Notes under the pieces: model-generated
What the model was told of the DNA's origin: nothing
What the model saw: the letters and a program-made list of their open reading frames with translations, nothing else
The model's database searches: none
Shown here: piece after piece, positions 20,021 to 29,900 of the stretch
Numbering within the stretch: the stretch's first letter is position 1
Layout of the letters: each line of letters begins with the position of its first letter
Assembly (NCBI GenBank): GCA_964593555.1
Contig: CAZQIC010000007.1
Span: 6,226-70,225 of the forward strand
Length of the DNA stretch: 64,000 bases
Direction of reading: 5' to 3'
Source of the DNA: an uncultured Bacteroidia bacterium
Lineage (GTDB): Bacteria > Bacteroidota > Bacteroidia > JAFLBG01
Position numbers and translations under genes: made by a program

Positions 20021-23000
20021 CTATCTAACTAATGAAACATGGCCTGTGTAATTGTGGCGTTTACCATTCACATCGTTTGTTAAAATTTTCCAAACATAAA
20101 CATCCTGCTGTGCAGTTGCGTTACCAACATTGGCTCTTCCATCCCATCCCACTATAGGAGAATCAGAATGAAAAATAATATCTCCCCATCGATCGAATAT
20201 ATACAAGTCATATTCAGTTCCATCTATCCCGGTCACAACCGGAGAAAAAATATCATTCAATCCATCTGCATTGGGCGTGAATGTATTGGGGATATAAAAT
20301 ATATAATCAGTTTTTATTGTAATTATATCACTATAAGAAGCTCTGCATCCAAATTCATTAATAACTGAAAGTGTTACCTGATATGATCCTGTATCTGAAG
20401 GATAGGTAAAAGAAGGATGCTGAACAGACGCTGATGAATTTGCAATATCACCAAACGACCAGTTCCAAAAAGCAGCGCCTACCGATTGATCCGTAAAATG
20501 CAATGTCGGATCAAGAATAGTCGCTGCATGGGGATTGAATATAAAGTGCGCAGCAGGATCAGGATGAACTGTAATAAAATTATTTTTTGTCAACGTATTT
20601 GAGCAGCCATTATTGTCAGTTATTGTAAGGGAAACATTATACGAACCCGTCTCAGTATAACAATTGGTCGGATTGTTGGTAAAAGAACTATTTCCATTTC
20701 CAAGATCCCACACAGCATTAATTGCAGAAGTTGTATTAGTAAAGTTTACACACAAGGGCCCGCATCCACTTTCATTATCAGCAACAAAAGAAACATCAGG
20801 CAATGGAAGTGTAGAAATTGATGCTGTACCGATACCTGAGCAACCATTGGCATCAACAACAGTTAATGTATATAGCCCGCCTGCAATTCCATTTGCGACA
20901 GGAGAATTTTGTCCCGAACTCCAGAAATAATTGTATCCCGGCATACCTCCTGTCACCGCCGAAGAAAGCTGTGTTGTTGCACCACTGCAAACCGAAGCCC
21001 CCGCAACATCAACACGAATAAGTGATGGTTCTGTTACCTGAACAGCCGATTGATGTGTACATCCATTTCCATCAGTAATTGTTATGTTATAATTTGAAGC
21101 AATTACGTTGTTAATGGAATTAGAATTATTTCCATTGCTCCAGCTATAGCTATAAGGAATCGTTCCACCAGAAATTATAATAGTTGCTGATCCACTGCTG
21201 CCGCCATTGCATAAAACCGATTGTGTATTAATAGTTGATGTAATAATTGCAGGCTCCGTAACTGTTATTGTGGTTGTTGACACACATCCATTCACATCAG
21301 TAACGGTGAGAGAATAAATTCCTGCAGCAAGACTGGAAACAGTGGATGTATTTAAGCTATTACTCCAGGAATAACTATATGGGGATGTACCGGAGCTTAC
21401 CATTGTGGCAATTGAACCCGTATTATTTCCAAAACAATTTACACTTGTTGTTGTTACTGCTATCGCAGGCAACCCGGTGTTTGACACCGTTATAGTTGCA
21501 TTTACAGAACATCCATTGCGATCGCTGATAGTGAGAGAGTAATTACCTGCTGTTATCCCCATTAATGATGCAGCTGTATTTCCATTGTTCCATAAATAGC
21601 TATAAGGACTGCTTCCCCCGGAAGGGACAACACCCGCAACACCATTCGCAACACCGCATGTTGCATCAGTGGTTATTGAATTTGGCACCAACTCAGATGG
21701 CTCAGTAATATTAACAGTCGCAATAGAAGTACAATTATTTGCGTCTGTTACTACAACAGAAAATGTTCCTGCAGTTAACCCGGTAGCAATAGAATTACTT
21801 TGTGGTGGATTTGTTTGCCATGAATAATTATATCCTGCAACTCCTCCCGTTACATTTGCCGAAGCCATACCATTATTGCCTCCTTTGCAAAGTATGCCGG
21901 ATATCTGTGGCGCAGTAACCGTTAGTAACGGTGGTTCAGTAATGTTAATTGCTTTAACAGCTGTACACCCATTTGCATCAGTAATTATCACGCTCCACGT
22001 TCCAACACTTAACGCAGTTGCTGTAACATTTTGCTGCACCGGCGAAGTCTGCCAGTTATAAGTATATGCTCCAGTTCCTCCCAATGCTGCTGCAGTGGCA
22101 GAACCTGTCTTGGCTCCATTACACGACAAATTTGTCTGCGCAGGAACAAATGCGAGTAATGGCAAAGGTGCTGTGATAATAAACGATGTTGTATCAATGG
22201 AACAATTCTGATCAGAAACAGTTGCTGTATATATTCCACTGGAAAGATTTGTTGCCGTCTGTGCAGATTGTCCATTACTCCAGGTATATAAATAAGGCGC
22301 GATTCCACCAACAACATTTATAGTCGCGGTTCCACCAGCAGAGCCAATACATTTTGTAGGTGTAACAGTGTTATTAAATAACATTGGCCGCGGAGTAAAC
22401 TTTGCGATCAAAGCATCGTCACTTCCAGCGCTACCCGCCTGGAAATACGCGCCGCTTCCCGGATTGGCAGTAGCACCACTTGACATTTTTCCTGTGACAA
22501 ATAAATTCCCTTTCAAATCCAATGCGAGGTTTTCTCCACACTCGTAACCAAATCCGCCAAATGTAGTTCCCCATTGCCATACACAATTATCATTAAAGCC
22601 AGCAACAAATGCATCCATATTACCACCGAAGCCTCCCTGGAAATATCCCCATCCGGGATTGTATGTAGGGAAACCTGCACCACCAACAAAACCTGTTACA
22701 TAAAAATTATCACAAGGATCGATACAAATACCGCGTGCAATATCCGCTCCTGTACCACCATAAAATGTTGACCACAACAACGTACCTGAATTGGTAAACT
22801 TTAACAATGCAACATCTCCTCTTAATGTACCACCTCCATATGTACTTTGAAAATACGCACCGCTACCCGGATTTAACAATGGAAAATCCAATGATGATGC
22901 TGATGCACCGACGACAAATACATCTCCCTTGCTATCAATTACCATATCTTCTGATCCGTCCATTTCTGATCCGCCCAAATATGTCGACCATACCATTGCA

Positions 23001-24691
23001 CCACTGTTATTGAATTTTGTAATGAACAAATCGCCAACCGATATCCAGCTGCCCAGCATTCCGCCGCCATTCATCGTTGATTGATAAAATGAAGAACCGC
23101 CTCCATTCATCAATGGAAAATTGGTTGAGTATGTTGGTCCGGTAATAAAAAGATTTCCCGCTGCATCCAAAGCAAGTGATTGACCAGAATCACCGCTGTT
23201 GCCACCTAAAAATGTTGACCACACACATGCTCCGGAATTGTTAAACTTTAAAATAAAAGCATCACCCGCAACATTTGATGAACCACCGCCAAATGCAGCC
23301 TGATTGTAGGCGCCTGCTAATGTTTGCAACGGAAAATTTATACGCCCTGCAAAACCGGTAACATAAATATTTCCGGCTGCGTCAGAGATAATATCAAATG
23401 CCCTGTCATAAGTTGTACTTCCGTAATAGGTAGCCCAAAGCCTGGTACCCGTATTAGAGAATTTTATAATACATATATCAGCAATGCCAACTGCGCCGGT
23501 ATTGGTGTTTTTATTGTATGCTCCTGCAAGTATTTGTGTTGGAAAATTACTGGAACTTGATGAACCTGTAACATAGACATTCCCAGCCGGGTCAGTAGTA
23601 ATTGCTTCCGCCCTGTCATCGTTATCCCCACCGTAATACGTTGCCCATTGACGCACTCCATTATTATTAAACTTCACAATAAAAATATCTACAGTGCCGG
23701 TACTTGTTCCCTGATAATGTGTTCCTGCATTAAGTGTTGGAAAAGTTGTAGAGTTGGTATATCCTGTAATGAAAACATTTCCCATTTTATCTGTCGCAAT
23801 TGCATTTGCGCCATCAAGTCCGCTGCCACCATAGCATGTCGACCATTTCAATTGAAGCGGAGGATCGATCACAACTTCTTCTGAAGTATTATAATCTTCA
23901 AGCTGAAATGAAACTTCTTTGTTTTTTACAATATACTCTGAATGGATTTTATTTTGATAACCACCCTGGTAGCTATAAAGGGCTCCTTCCTGTAACACGC
24001 CATTCTCTGTAGTTATTTTCACACTATTGCTTTCTTTTAATGACTCGAGACCAGTTGCGCCATCATAATTCATTTTTATCAATGATGGGTTGGCACCGGG
24101 ATGTAAAATAAAATTGTGTTTTATATTGTTGTCGCCATCACAAATAAATTCCCAATCGATATTTGGATAGATGTTTTTGATTGTTACTTTTTTGTATGTC
24201 TTTACACCAATTATTCCCTGTGGGCAGTGGCCTAAAAAATAATTTACTTCACCGTCATCCACCTGTTCTTCTTTAACAACATTTGACAGTTGAATATCTG
24301 ATCCCGCCAAACTCACATCTACCCTGCTCCATGAATATTTTTTCTCTTTACCAATTGTGCTACTGATCAAACTCTCCACTTCTGTTTCCTCTTTTTCAAT
24401 TGCTTTCATAAAAACATAGGTAAGCCCCTTATCAGTAATATAAAGATCCATGCCAGGCTTTGAGTTTTTGAAAAAAACCTGTTGAATTAAATTTCCCTGG
24501 TCGTCGATGAGTTGCCCTTTATTTTCAGTAAAACCATTTGCAACTTCATTGTCCTTTATTTGTTCTTTTACTTCATTCGCCAATTGAGCATGATTACCTG
24601 CATAAGTATGGCTGTAATAGAATGTGAGAGCACAAACAAGACAAGCTAGCTTATAAAAAAAATATTGGGAGGAGGATTTTTTCTGTTTCAC
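20021..24691 (-). CDS. Giant adhesin-like T9SS type-B cargo (SBBP repeats, six SprB-type repeats, two PKD, type-B CTD)
   Basis: 1556-aa ORF with a GTG start (GTG AAA CAG AAA AAA) and no in-frame ATG before the signal peptide. It carries an FTENKGQL motif and SBBP units (WATYYGG..DR...I..D.AGN.YVTG). SprB units begin CIGSAGG, CNGAKTG, CKGGNNG, CGVANG, CFGNNTG and CNGGSSG. The C-terminus is PNTFTPNADGLNDIF...FDRWGDIIF...GWDG...DVYVWK. Confidence 0.85.
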   Translation of the reverse strand: MKQKKSSSQYFFYKLACLVCALTFYYSHTYAGNHAQLANEVKEQIKDNEVANGFTENKGQLIDDQGNLIQQVFFKNSKPGMDLYITDKGLTYVFMKAIEKEETEVESLISSTIGKEKKYSWSRVDVSLAGSDIQLSNVVKEEQVDDGEVNYFLGHCPQGIIGVKTYKKVTIKNIYPNIDWEFICDGDNNIKHNFILHPGANPSLIKMNYDGATGLESLKESNSVKITTENGVLQEGALYSYQGGYQNKIHSEYIVKNKEVSFQLEDYNTSEEVVIDPPLQLKWSTCYGGSGLDGANAIATDKMGNVFITGYTNSTTFPTLNAGTHYQGTSTGTVDIFIVKFNNNGVRQWATYYGGDNDDRAEAITTDPAGNVYVTGSSSSSNFPTQILAGAYNKNTNTGAVGIADICIIKFSNTGTRLWATYYGSTTYDRAFDIISDAAGNIYVTGFAGRINFPLQTLAGAYNQAAFGGGSSNVAGDAFILKFNNSGACVWSTFLGGNSGDSGQSLALDAAGNLFITGPTYSTNFPLMNGGGSSFYQSTMNGGGMLGSWISVGDLFITKFNNSGAMVWSTYLGGSEMDGSEDMVIDSKGDVFVVGASASSLDFPLLNPGSGAYFQSTYGGGTLRGDVALLKFTNSGTLLWSTFYGGTGADIARGICIDPCDNFYVTGFVGGAGFPTYNPGWGYFQGGFGGNMDAFVAGFNDNCVWQWGTTFGGFGYECGENLALDLKGNLFVTGKMSSGATANPGSGAYFQAGSAGSDDALIAKFTPRPMLFNNTVTPTKCIGSAGGTATINVVGGIAPYLYTWSNGQSAQTATNLSSGIYTATVSDQNCSIDTTSFIITAPLPLLAFVPAQTNLSCNGAKTGSATAAALGGTGAYTYNWQTSPVQQNVTATALSVGTWSVIITDANGCTAVKAINITEPPLLTVTAPQISGILCKGGNNGMASANVTGGVAGYNYSWQTNPPQSNSIATGLTAGTFSVVVTDANNCTSIATVNITEPSELVPNSITTDATCGVANGVAGVVPSGGSSPYSYLWNNGNTAASLMGITAGNYSLTISDRNGCSVNATITVSNTGLPAIAVTTTSVNCFGNNTGSIATMVSSGTSPYSYSWSNSLNTSTVSSLAAGIYSLTVTDVNGCVSTTTITVTEPAIITSTINTQSVLCNGGSSGSATIIISGGTIPYSYSWSNGNNSNSINNVIASNYNITITDGNGCTHQSAVQVTEPSLIRVDVAGASVCSGATTQLSSAVTGGMPGYNYFWSSGQNSPVANGIAGGLYTLTVVDANGCSGIGTASISTLPLPDVSFVADNESGCGPLCVNFTNTTSAINAVWDLGNGNSSFTNNPTNCYTETGSYNVSLTITDNNGCSNTLTKNNFITVHPDPAAHFIFNPHAATILDPTLHFTDQSVGAAFWNWSFGDIANSSASVQHPSFTYPSDTGSYQVTLSVINEFGCRASYSDIITIKTDYIFYIPNTFTPNADGLNDIFSPVVTGIDGTEYDLYIFDRWGDIIFHSDSPIVGWDGRANVGNATAQQDVYVWKILTNDVNGKRHNYTGHVSLVR
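21026..22378 (-). repeat. Six tandem SprB-type Cys repeats (coding) inside the 1556-aa gene
   Basis: Residues about 772-1222 by residue count; periodicity about 75 aa. Confidence 0.75.
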
Positions 24692-24872
24692 GCTTAGTTT
24701 TTTTTATTAACTTTTTTTAACTTGATTTGCATACTTTACTGATATTTCAAATCTAACAGGAGAGTGGTTTTGTTACAATTGAAACGCATATTAAAATAAC
24801 ATCCGCAAATTAAATTTTTATCTGTAAATTATTGATTTTCAATATTTTACGTAAAACAAAATAATACGCTAC

Positions 24873-26402
24873 ATGAACGATGACAAATTATTTTTGTTGA
24901 TCCATTCACTTACTAAGGCCGAGAAAGTGCACCTGAAAAAGTATCATCTCACTTCTTCATTAAAATCAGACAGCAAGCACACCATTTTATACACGCTGCT
25001 GGATAAGATGCAGGAGTATGATGATGAAAAAATTCATGAAAAACTAAAAGCTAAAGTGAACATGAAATTTTTACCTCAGCTTAAAAAACTCTTACATAAT
25101 ATCATTATAAAATCACTGATAGAATACAATCAAACAATTTCAATCGATAACCAGTTAAGCAGCTTATTAATGGAAGCTGATATTTTAAGTCGAAAATTGC
25201 TTTATAAAGATTTACTTAAAACATTGAATAAGGCAGAGACACTTGCACTTACTCATGAAAAATACAGTCAGCTGACACAGATCATTGATCTGAAAAAGAA
25301 AAATTTCTTTTCTACCGCTGATGAAAAACTCTCACCAGGGGATTGGAAACAGCTTGAAGAACAGGAAAGGGAGATCGCGGAAAAAATAAAAAATAAGCAT
25401 TTGTATGAACACATTTTATACGATTGTTTTTGGTGCCTGAATGCCGGTATGACTATTAATAAGACAGAAGCACTCAAAAAAATTGCATCGCTTAAAACCA
25501 GTAATTACCTAAAAGACAGCAGCCTTGCTCTTACTACCGAAGCCCGCTATGCTTTTTATCAGAGTAATATGATGCTTGCACTTCACGATAACGATCATCG
25601 TTTATATTATGACTATATAGAAAAAATAATTTCTCTTTTAGAAAAAAACAAATTGCTGCTTACCGAAAAACCATATGGTTATTTGGATATGCTAGCGAAC
25701 CGGGCAAACGCCTCATCCTTTTTACAAAAAGATGAAGTATTTTTTGAAACCATTAAGAAGATTCGCTCTTTTCCATCAACAATTCCGGAAGCGGATATTC
25801 CCCTTGTAAATATGCGCGTGTTTTGTTACGCGGAAGGCATGGAGTTTTTTTATTTGTGCAAGAATGGATATTTCAAAAAAGCGTTGGAGCAATTACCACA
25901 GTTGATCAAGGGGTTAAACACATTTAAAACTCAATTGGATACGGCCAACAAAAAAATATTCCGTCATATCATTTCGCTCGTTTATTTTTCCAATGGCAGG
26001 TTTAAGGAAGCACTCATATGGCAGAACATTCTCATTAATGAAGAAAATACGACTGCCCTACGGTACGATATTGATGTGATCACAAGACTGCTGAACATTA
26101 TTGTTCATTGCGAACTCAACAACTGGGAATTGGTCCCCGGATTAGTTAAAGCATATAAAAAACACATTGAGAATACCGGCCATAAATATGAAATGGTATT
26201 GGTGATAATAAAACATTTGGAGTCCCTGATAATTAACGGAGAGAATCTTTATAAGGAAAAAAGATTTTTTACTGCCCTTGCTGAAAAGCTAAACCCCATC
26301 CTACAAGATCCCGCTGAAAAGAGAATGTTAAATACATTTAATGCAGCATGGTGGTTAGAAAGTAAAATTAAGGAAACAACTATGGAGAATGCATCAAAAT
26401 AA
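24873..26402 (+). CDS. Helical (TPR-like) protein of unknown function, paralog 1 of 3
   Basis: 509-aa ORF with ATG start, no signal peptide and helix-rich composition. It shares the N-terminal LFLLIHSLTKAEKVHLKKY motif and the C-terminal DPAEKRML..FNAAWWLESKI motif with ORFs 31913 and 57772. It is divergent from the 1556-aa adhesin gene. Confidence 0.7.
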   Translation: MNDDKLFLLIHSLTKAEKVHLKKYHLTSSLKSDSKHTILYTLLDKMQEYDDEKIHEKLKAKVNMKFLPQLKKLLHNIIIKSLIEYNQTISIDNQLSSLLMEADILSRKLLYKDLLKTLNKAETLALTHEKYSQLTQIIDLKKKNFFSTADEKLSPGDWKQLEEQEREIAEKIKNKHLYEHILYDCFWCLNAGMTINKTEALKKIASLKTSNYLKDSSLALTTEARYAFYQSNMMLALHDNDHRLYYDYIEKIISLLEKNKLLLTEKPYGYLDMLANRANASSFLQKDEVFFETIKKIRSFPSTIPEADIPLVNMRVFCYAEGMEFFYLCKNGYFKKALEQLPQLIKGLNTFKTQLDTANKKIFRHIISLVYFSNGRFKEALIWQNILINEENTTALRYDIDVITRLLNIIVHCELNNWELVPGLVKAYKKHIENTGHKYEMVLVIIKHLESLIINGENLYKEKRFFTALAEKLNPILQDPAEKRMLNTFNAAWWLESKIKETTMENASK

Positions 26403-26476
26403 AATCCTGATGCGTCTCCCTCGTTTAATCAAACAATTTAAAAATAGAATCCCCCCCCCATTTAAAATGAGAGACG

Positions 26477-26785
26477 CTATTGTTCATCAACCTGCGCCAC
26501 TGCCGCTTGCTTTTTAACACAATCGGGACACATGTCAATGGCTGTTTGATCGTTGCGGGAATTACCTTTACAAATACCAACATGTCGAGCTTTTGTCCAT
26601 GTTCCACTCAGATCATCCAAAACAGTTTGCGGTGAACATCTTAACGATGTCAGACATCCGGAAATCAAAAATGTTCCTGCTGCAGCCTGAACCTCACCCT
26701 GAATAGTCAGTTTTTCCTGATCACTAATGGTGGTAATAAAACTTTTTACTTCAATATGGTCCAATGTTAGTTTATTCTTTTTCAT
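26477..26785 (-). CDS. Leader-peptide-like small protein (102 aa, 5 Cys in the C-terminal part)
   Basis: The N-terminus (MKKNKLTLDHIEVKSFITTISDQEKLTIQGEVQAAAG) is Lys-rich, carries the L.L...I.VKSFIT motif and ends at a Gly/Ala junction. It is convergent with paralog 1 and lies downstream of the 1635-aa gene on the same strand. Whether it is coding is not proven. Confidence 0.5.
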   Translation of the reverse strand: MKKNKLTLDHIEVKSFITTISDQEKLTIQGEVQAAAGTFLISGCLTSLRCSPQTVLDDLSGTWTKARHVGICKGNSRNDQTAIDMCPDCVKKQAAVAQVDEQ

Positions 26786-26917
26786 GTGACTTTTTATTTT
26801 CTATTTATAAACTTTATTAGTGCAATTTATAGCTTGTGAGTCGTGACGCCAAGACAAAAAATCTCCTTTATTAATAGTCTGATTCTGTTTTGATAAAAAT
26901 TAATTCGAAAATAATTT

Positions 26918-29900
26918 TCAACGCAACAAATTTACATGGCCTACATATCTGTGTTTGTTATTGAGCACATCAACCAGGTTCAACTTCCAAACGTATACAT
27001 CCTGCTGTACAATTGTTCCATTTATTGTTCCGTCCCAGCCCTGCCTGGGATTTGTTATTTTGTAAATTAAATCGCCCCAACGATTGTATATCAATAACTC
27101 ATAATTTTCTACATCTACCCCTACGCCCATTGGAATAAAAATATCATTCTTACTGTCGCCATTAGGAGTAAATGTATTAGGGACATAGATCACATAATCC
27201 GGATCTATTTTTATTATCTCAGAAACAGTTGCTTCACAACCAAACTCGTTAGTAACTGTGAGAAGCACCTCATAGCTTCCGGTATTGCTATATGTGTAGC
27301 TTGGGTTTTGTAATAATGATGCGGATCCTGTTACATCGCCAAAGTTCCATTGCCAAGCAGTTGCACCTGTTGACAGATCAGTAAAATAAATAGTAGGATT
27401 AAGAATTGTTGCTGGTTGTGGCGATGCAGAAAAGTTTGCTATCGGATTGGGATGGACCGTAATATAATTGTTTTGTGTTATTGTATTTGAACAACCGTTA
27501 TTATCCGTAACTCTCAATGTAATATTATAACTACCCGAGTCTGTAAAACAATAATTAGCAGGGGAAACATTAGATGTAGCAAGGTTATTTCCAAAATACC
27601 AGGTTAAAGAATTTGTATTTGGGGTGGCATTTATAAAATTAACACAAAGCGGTCCACAGCCCGAAACTTTATCAGCAGAAAAATTCACATTGGGCAATGC
27701 ATAAACATCAACTGAAGAACTTGCGACAGACGAACAACCTTTGCTATCGGTTATGGTTACGGTATAAATTGTTTGATTATTCACAGTAACAGTAATTGAT
27801 TGCGCAATAGCATTATTGTTCCACAAATAATTATACCCCGGATTTCCGCCTGTAGCTCCGGCTGTAATAATCGCTTGTGAGCCCATACAAACAATTTGCG
27901 CGCCGGATATGTTTGCAACAACTTGTGTCGGCTCATTAATAATTATATTATTTATTTCCTTGGTACATCCATTAGCATCGGTTACAGTAACACTATAAAC
28001 TCCTTGCAATAAATTGTTTGTTTGGAGACTTGGAGAATTATTACTCCACAAATAAGTATATGCTCCTGTTCCACCATTAGCTATAACTGAGGCGCTACCA
28101 CTATTTTCCCCAAAACAATTTGCATCAACAGTATTTACAACACCCGATATTGCGGAAGGTTGCGTTATGGTAACACTCGCTGTTGAATTACACCCATCTG
28201 CATCAGAAATTGTTACAGTATAACCAGACGCACATAACCCATTGGCTCCGGCAGTGTTTTGTCCATTCGTCCAACTGTAATTGTAAGGACCATTACCTCC
28301 AACTGCAACAGCATTGGCTGTGCCATCACATAAGGCATTGCAGCTTGTATTATTTGTTACATTCGCTTGTGCAACTACTCCATTTAAATTATTAATACTT
28401 ACTACATCAATAGCAGTACATCCGTTTGCATCAGTTATGGTTACAGTATAAACACCTTGTGCAATATTATTGTTCAATGCTGATACGACTCCATTACTCC
28501 ATAAATAATTATAAGCCGGTGTTCCTCCATTCACAATAATATTTGCCGAGCCATTCGCCTGGTTGCAATGTGCATCAACAGTTGCAGTGTTAGTTATTAT
28601 TGCGTTGGGTTCCAAAATATTAATATTTCCATTTGCAGTACATCCATTTCCATCAGTAATAGTAACTGAATAAATTCCAGCTACCAATGAAGTTGCGTGA
28701 GCATTTACTTGTTGGTTGCTCCATACATAATTGTAATTCCCAACTCCCCCGTTGCCAACAGATGTCGCGCTTCCGGTTGCGGTTGAATTACAAAGCGCAT
28801 CCGCACCAATAATATTCACTCCAATCTGCGTAGGCTCTGGAACGCTTACTGGTAAAGTAATTGCAACGCATCCATAGTTATCGGTAACCGTAACTGTGTA
28901 ATTTCCGCTTTGAAGATTTGATGCAGAAATTGTATTACTACCATTACTCCAAGAGAAAGTATACGGTTGGGTCCCGCCATTCGAAAACGCATTAGCAACC
29001 CCATTATTTCCGCCATAACAGGAAACAGAATTTGACAACACAGCGTTAGCTGTTAATAAAGGTGGTTCAGTTACACTAACTGTCGCTGTTGAAACACAAC
29101 TATTATTATCTGTTACTGTTACAGTGTAAACAGTATTCGGGCTAAACCCTGTTGAAGATGAAGTAATACTTCCGTTGCTCCAAGCATAACCAAAAGGTCC
29201 ATTCCCAAATGAGCCTACGGTAGCTCCACCATTATTTAATCCAAAACAAGTTATATTGTCTACTACAGTTATAACTGCCAATGGAGAACTAGCTGTTATG
29301 TAATTAACCATAGTAATTGAGTCTGTACCACAAGGCGTTTTAACAACCAATTTTACATTGTATGATCCGTTATTAGCATATGATATGCCAGTTGGGTTTT
29401 GTAATGTTGAACTCGTTACTACTGCACCCGGAAAACTCCAAAACCATTTAGCGCTATCATCATCGCAAAGCACACTCAAATCAGTAAAATTAATTGGGGC
29501 ATTTCTACAAGGCGTTTGATCAGATACAGAAAATGCCGGCGCAACAGTATTGTTTCCACAGCTAAAACCACAAATACTAAACACAACAGCATCAAATGAT
29601 CCGCCGCCAAATGCAGTTTGGTCTGCACCCCCTGTAACAGGGAATCCGGGCTTCACTCCGCCCGTTCCGTATAGTGTGTAATTATCAGGGCCAAGCGCTA
29701 TTGGATGTCCAACAAATAATCCACCAACTCCCGGCCTGTCCTCATGGCCGGGTCCACCAATGTATGTATCGCATATTGGCACACCAGTAGAGTTATCAAA
29801 TTTACTTATACCAAAATCTTCTCGGTTAACTGTGGTACTTGCATTTTGTTGTTGATAAGAACACGATGTAATATTAGGCAATGCATCATCGTACACTCCT

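Noticed and set aside
26425-26607. 60-aa minus-strand ORF running through the C9 tract (translating it as WGGD), which could have suggested phase-variable expression.
   Set aside because: It overlaps the better-supported 102-aa ORF in another frame, and it has no start context or recognisable motif. The tract lies outside the supported reading frames.
24873-26785. Calling the KSFIT-leader peptides a lanthipeptide (or other defined RiPP class) biosynthetic gene cluster.
   Set aside because: No dehydratase, cyclase, radical-SAM, YcaO or C39-peptidase transporter gene is recognisable in the window. The leader resemblance is from memory only. I therefore report them as orphan leader-like ORFs and not as a classified BGC.
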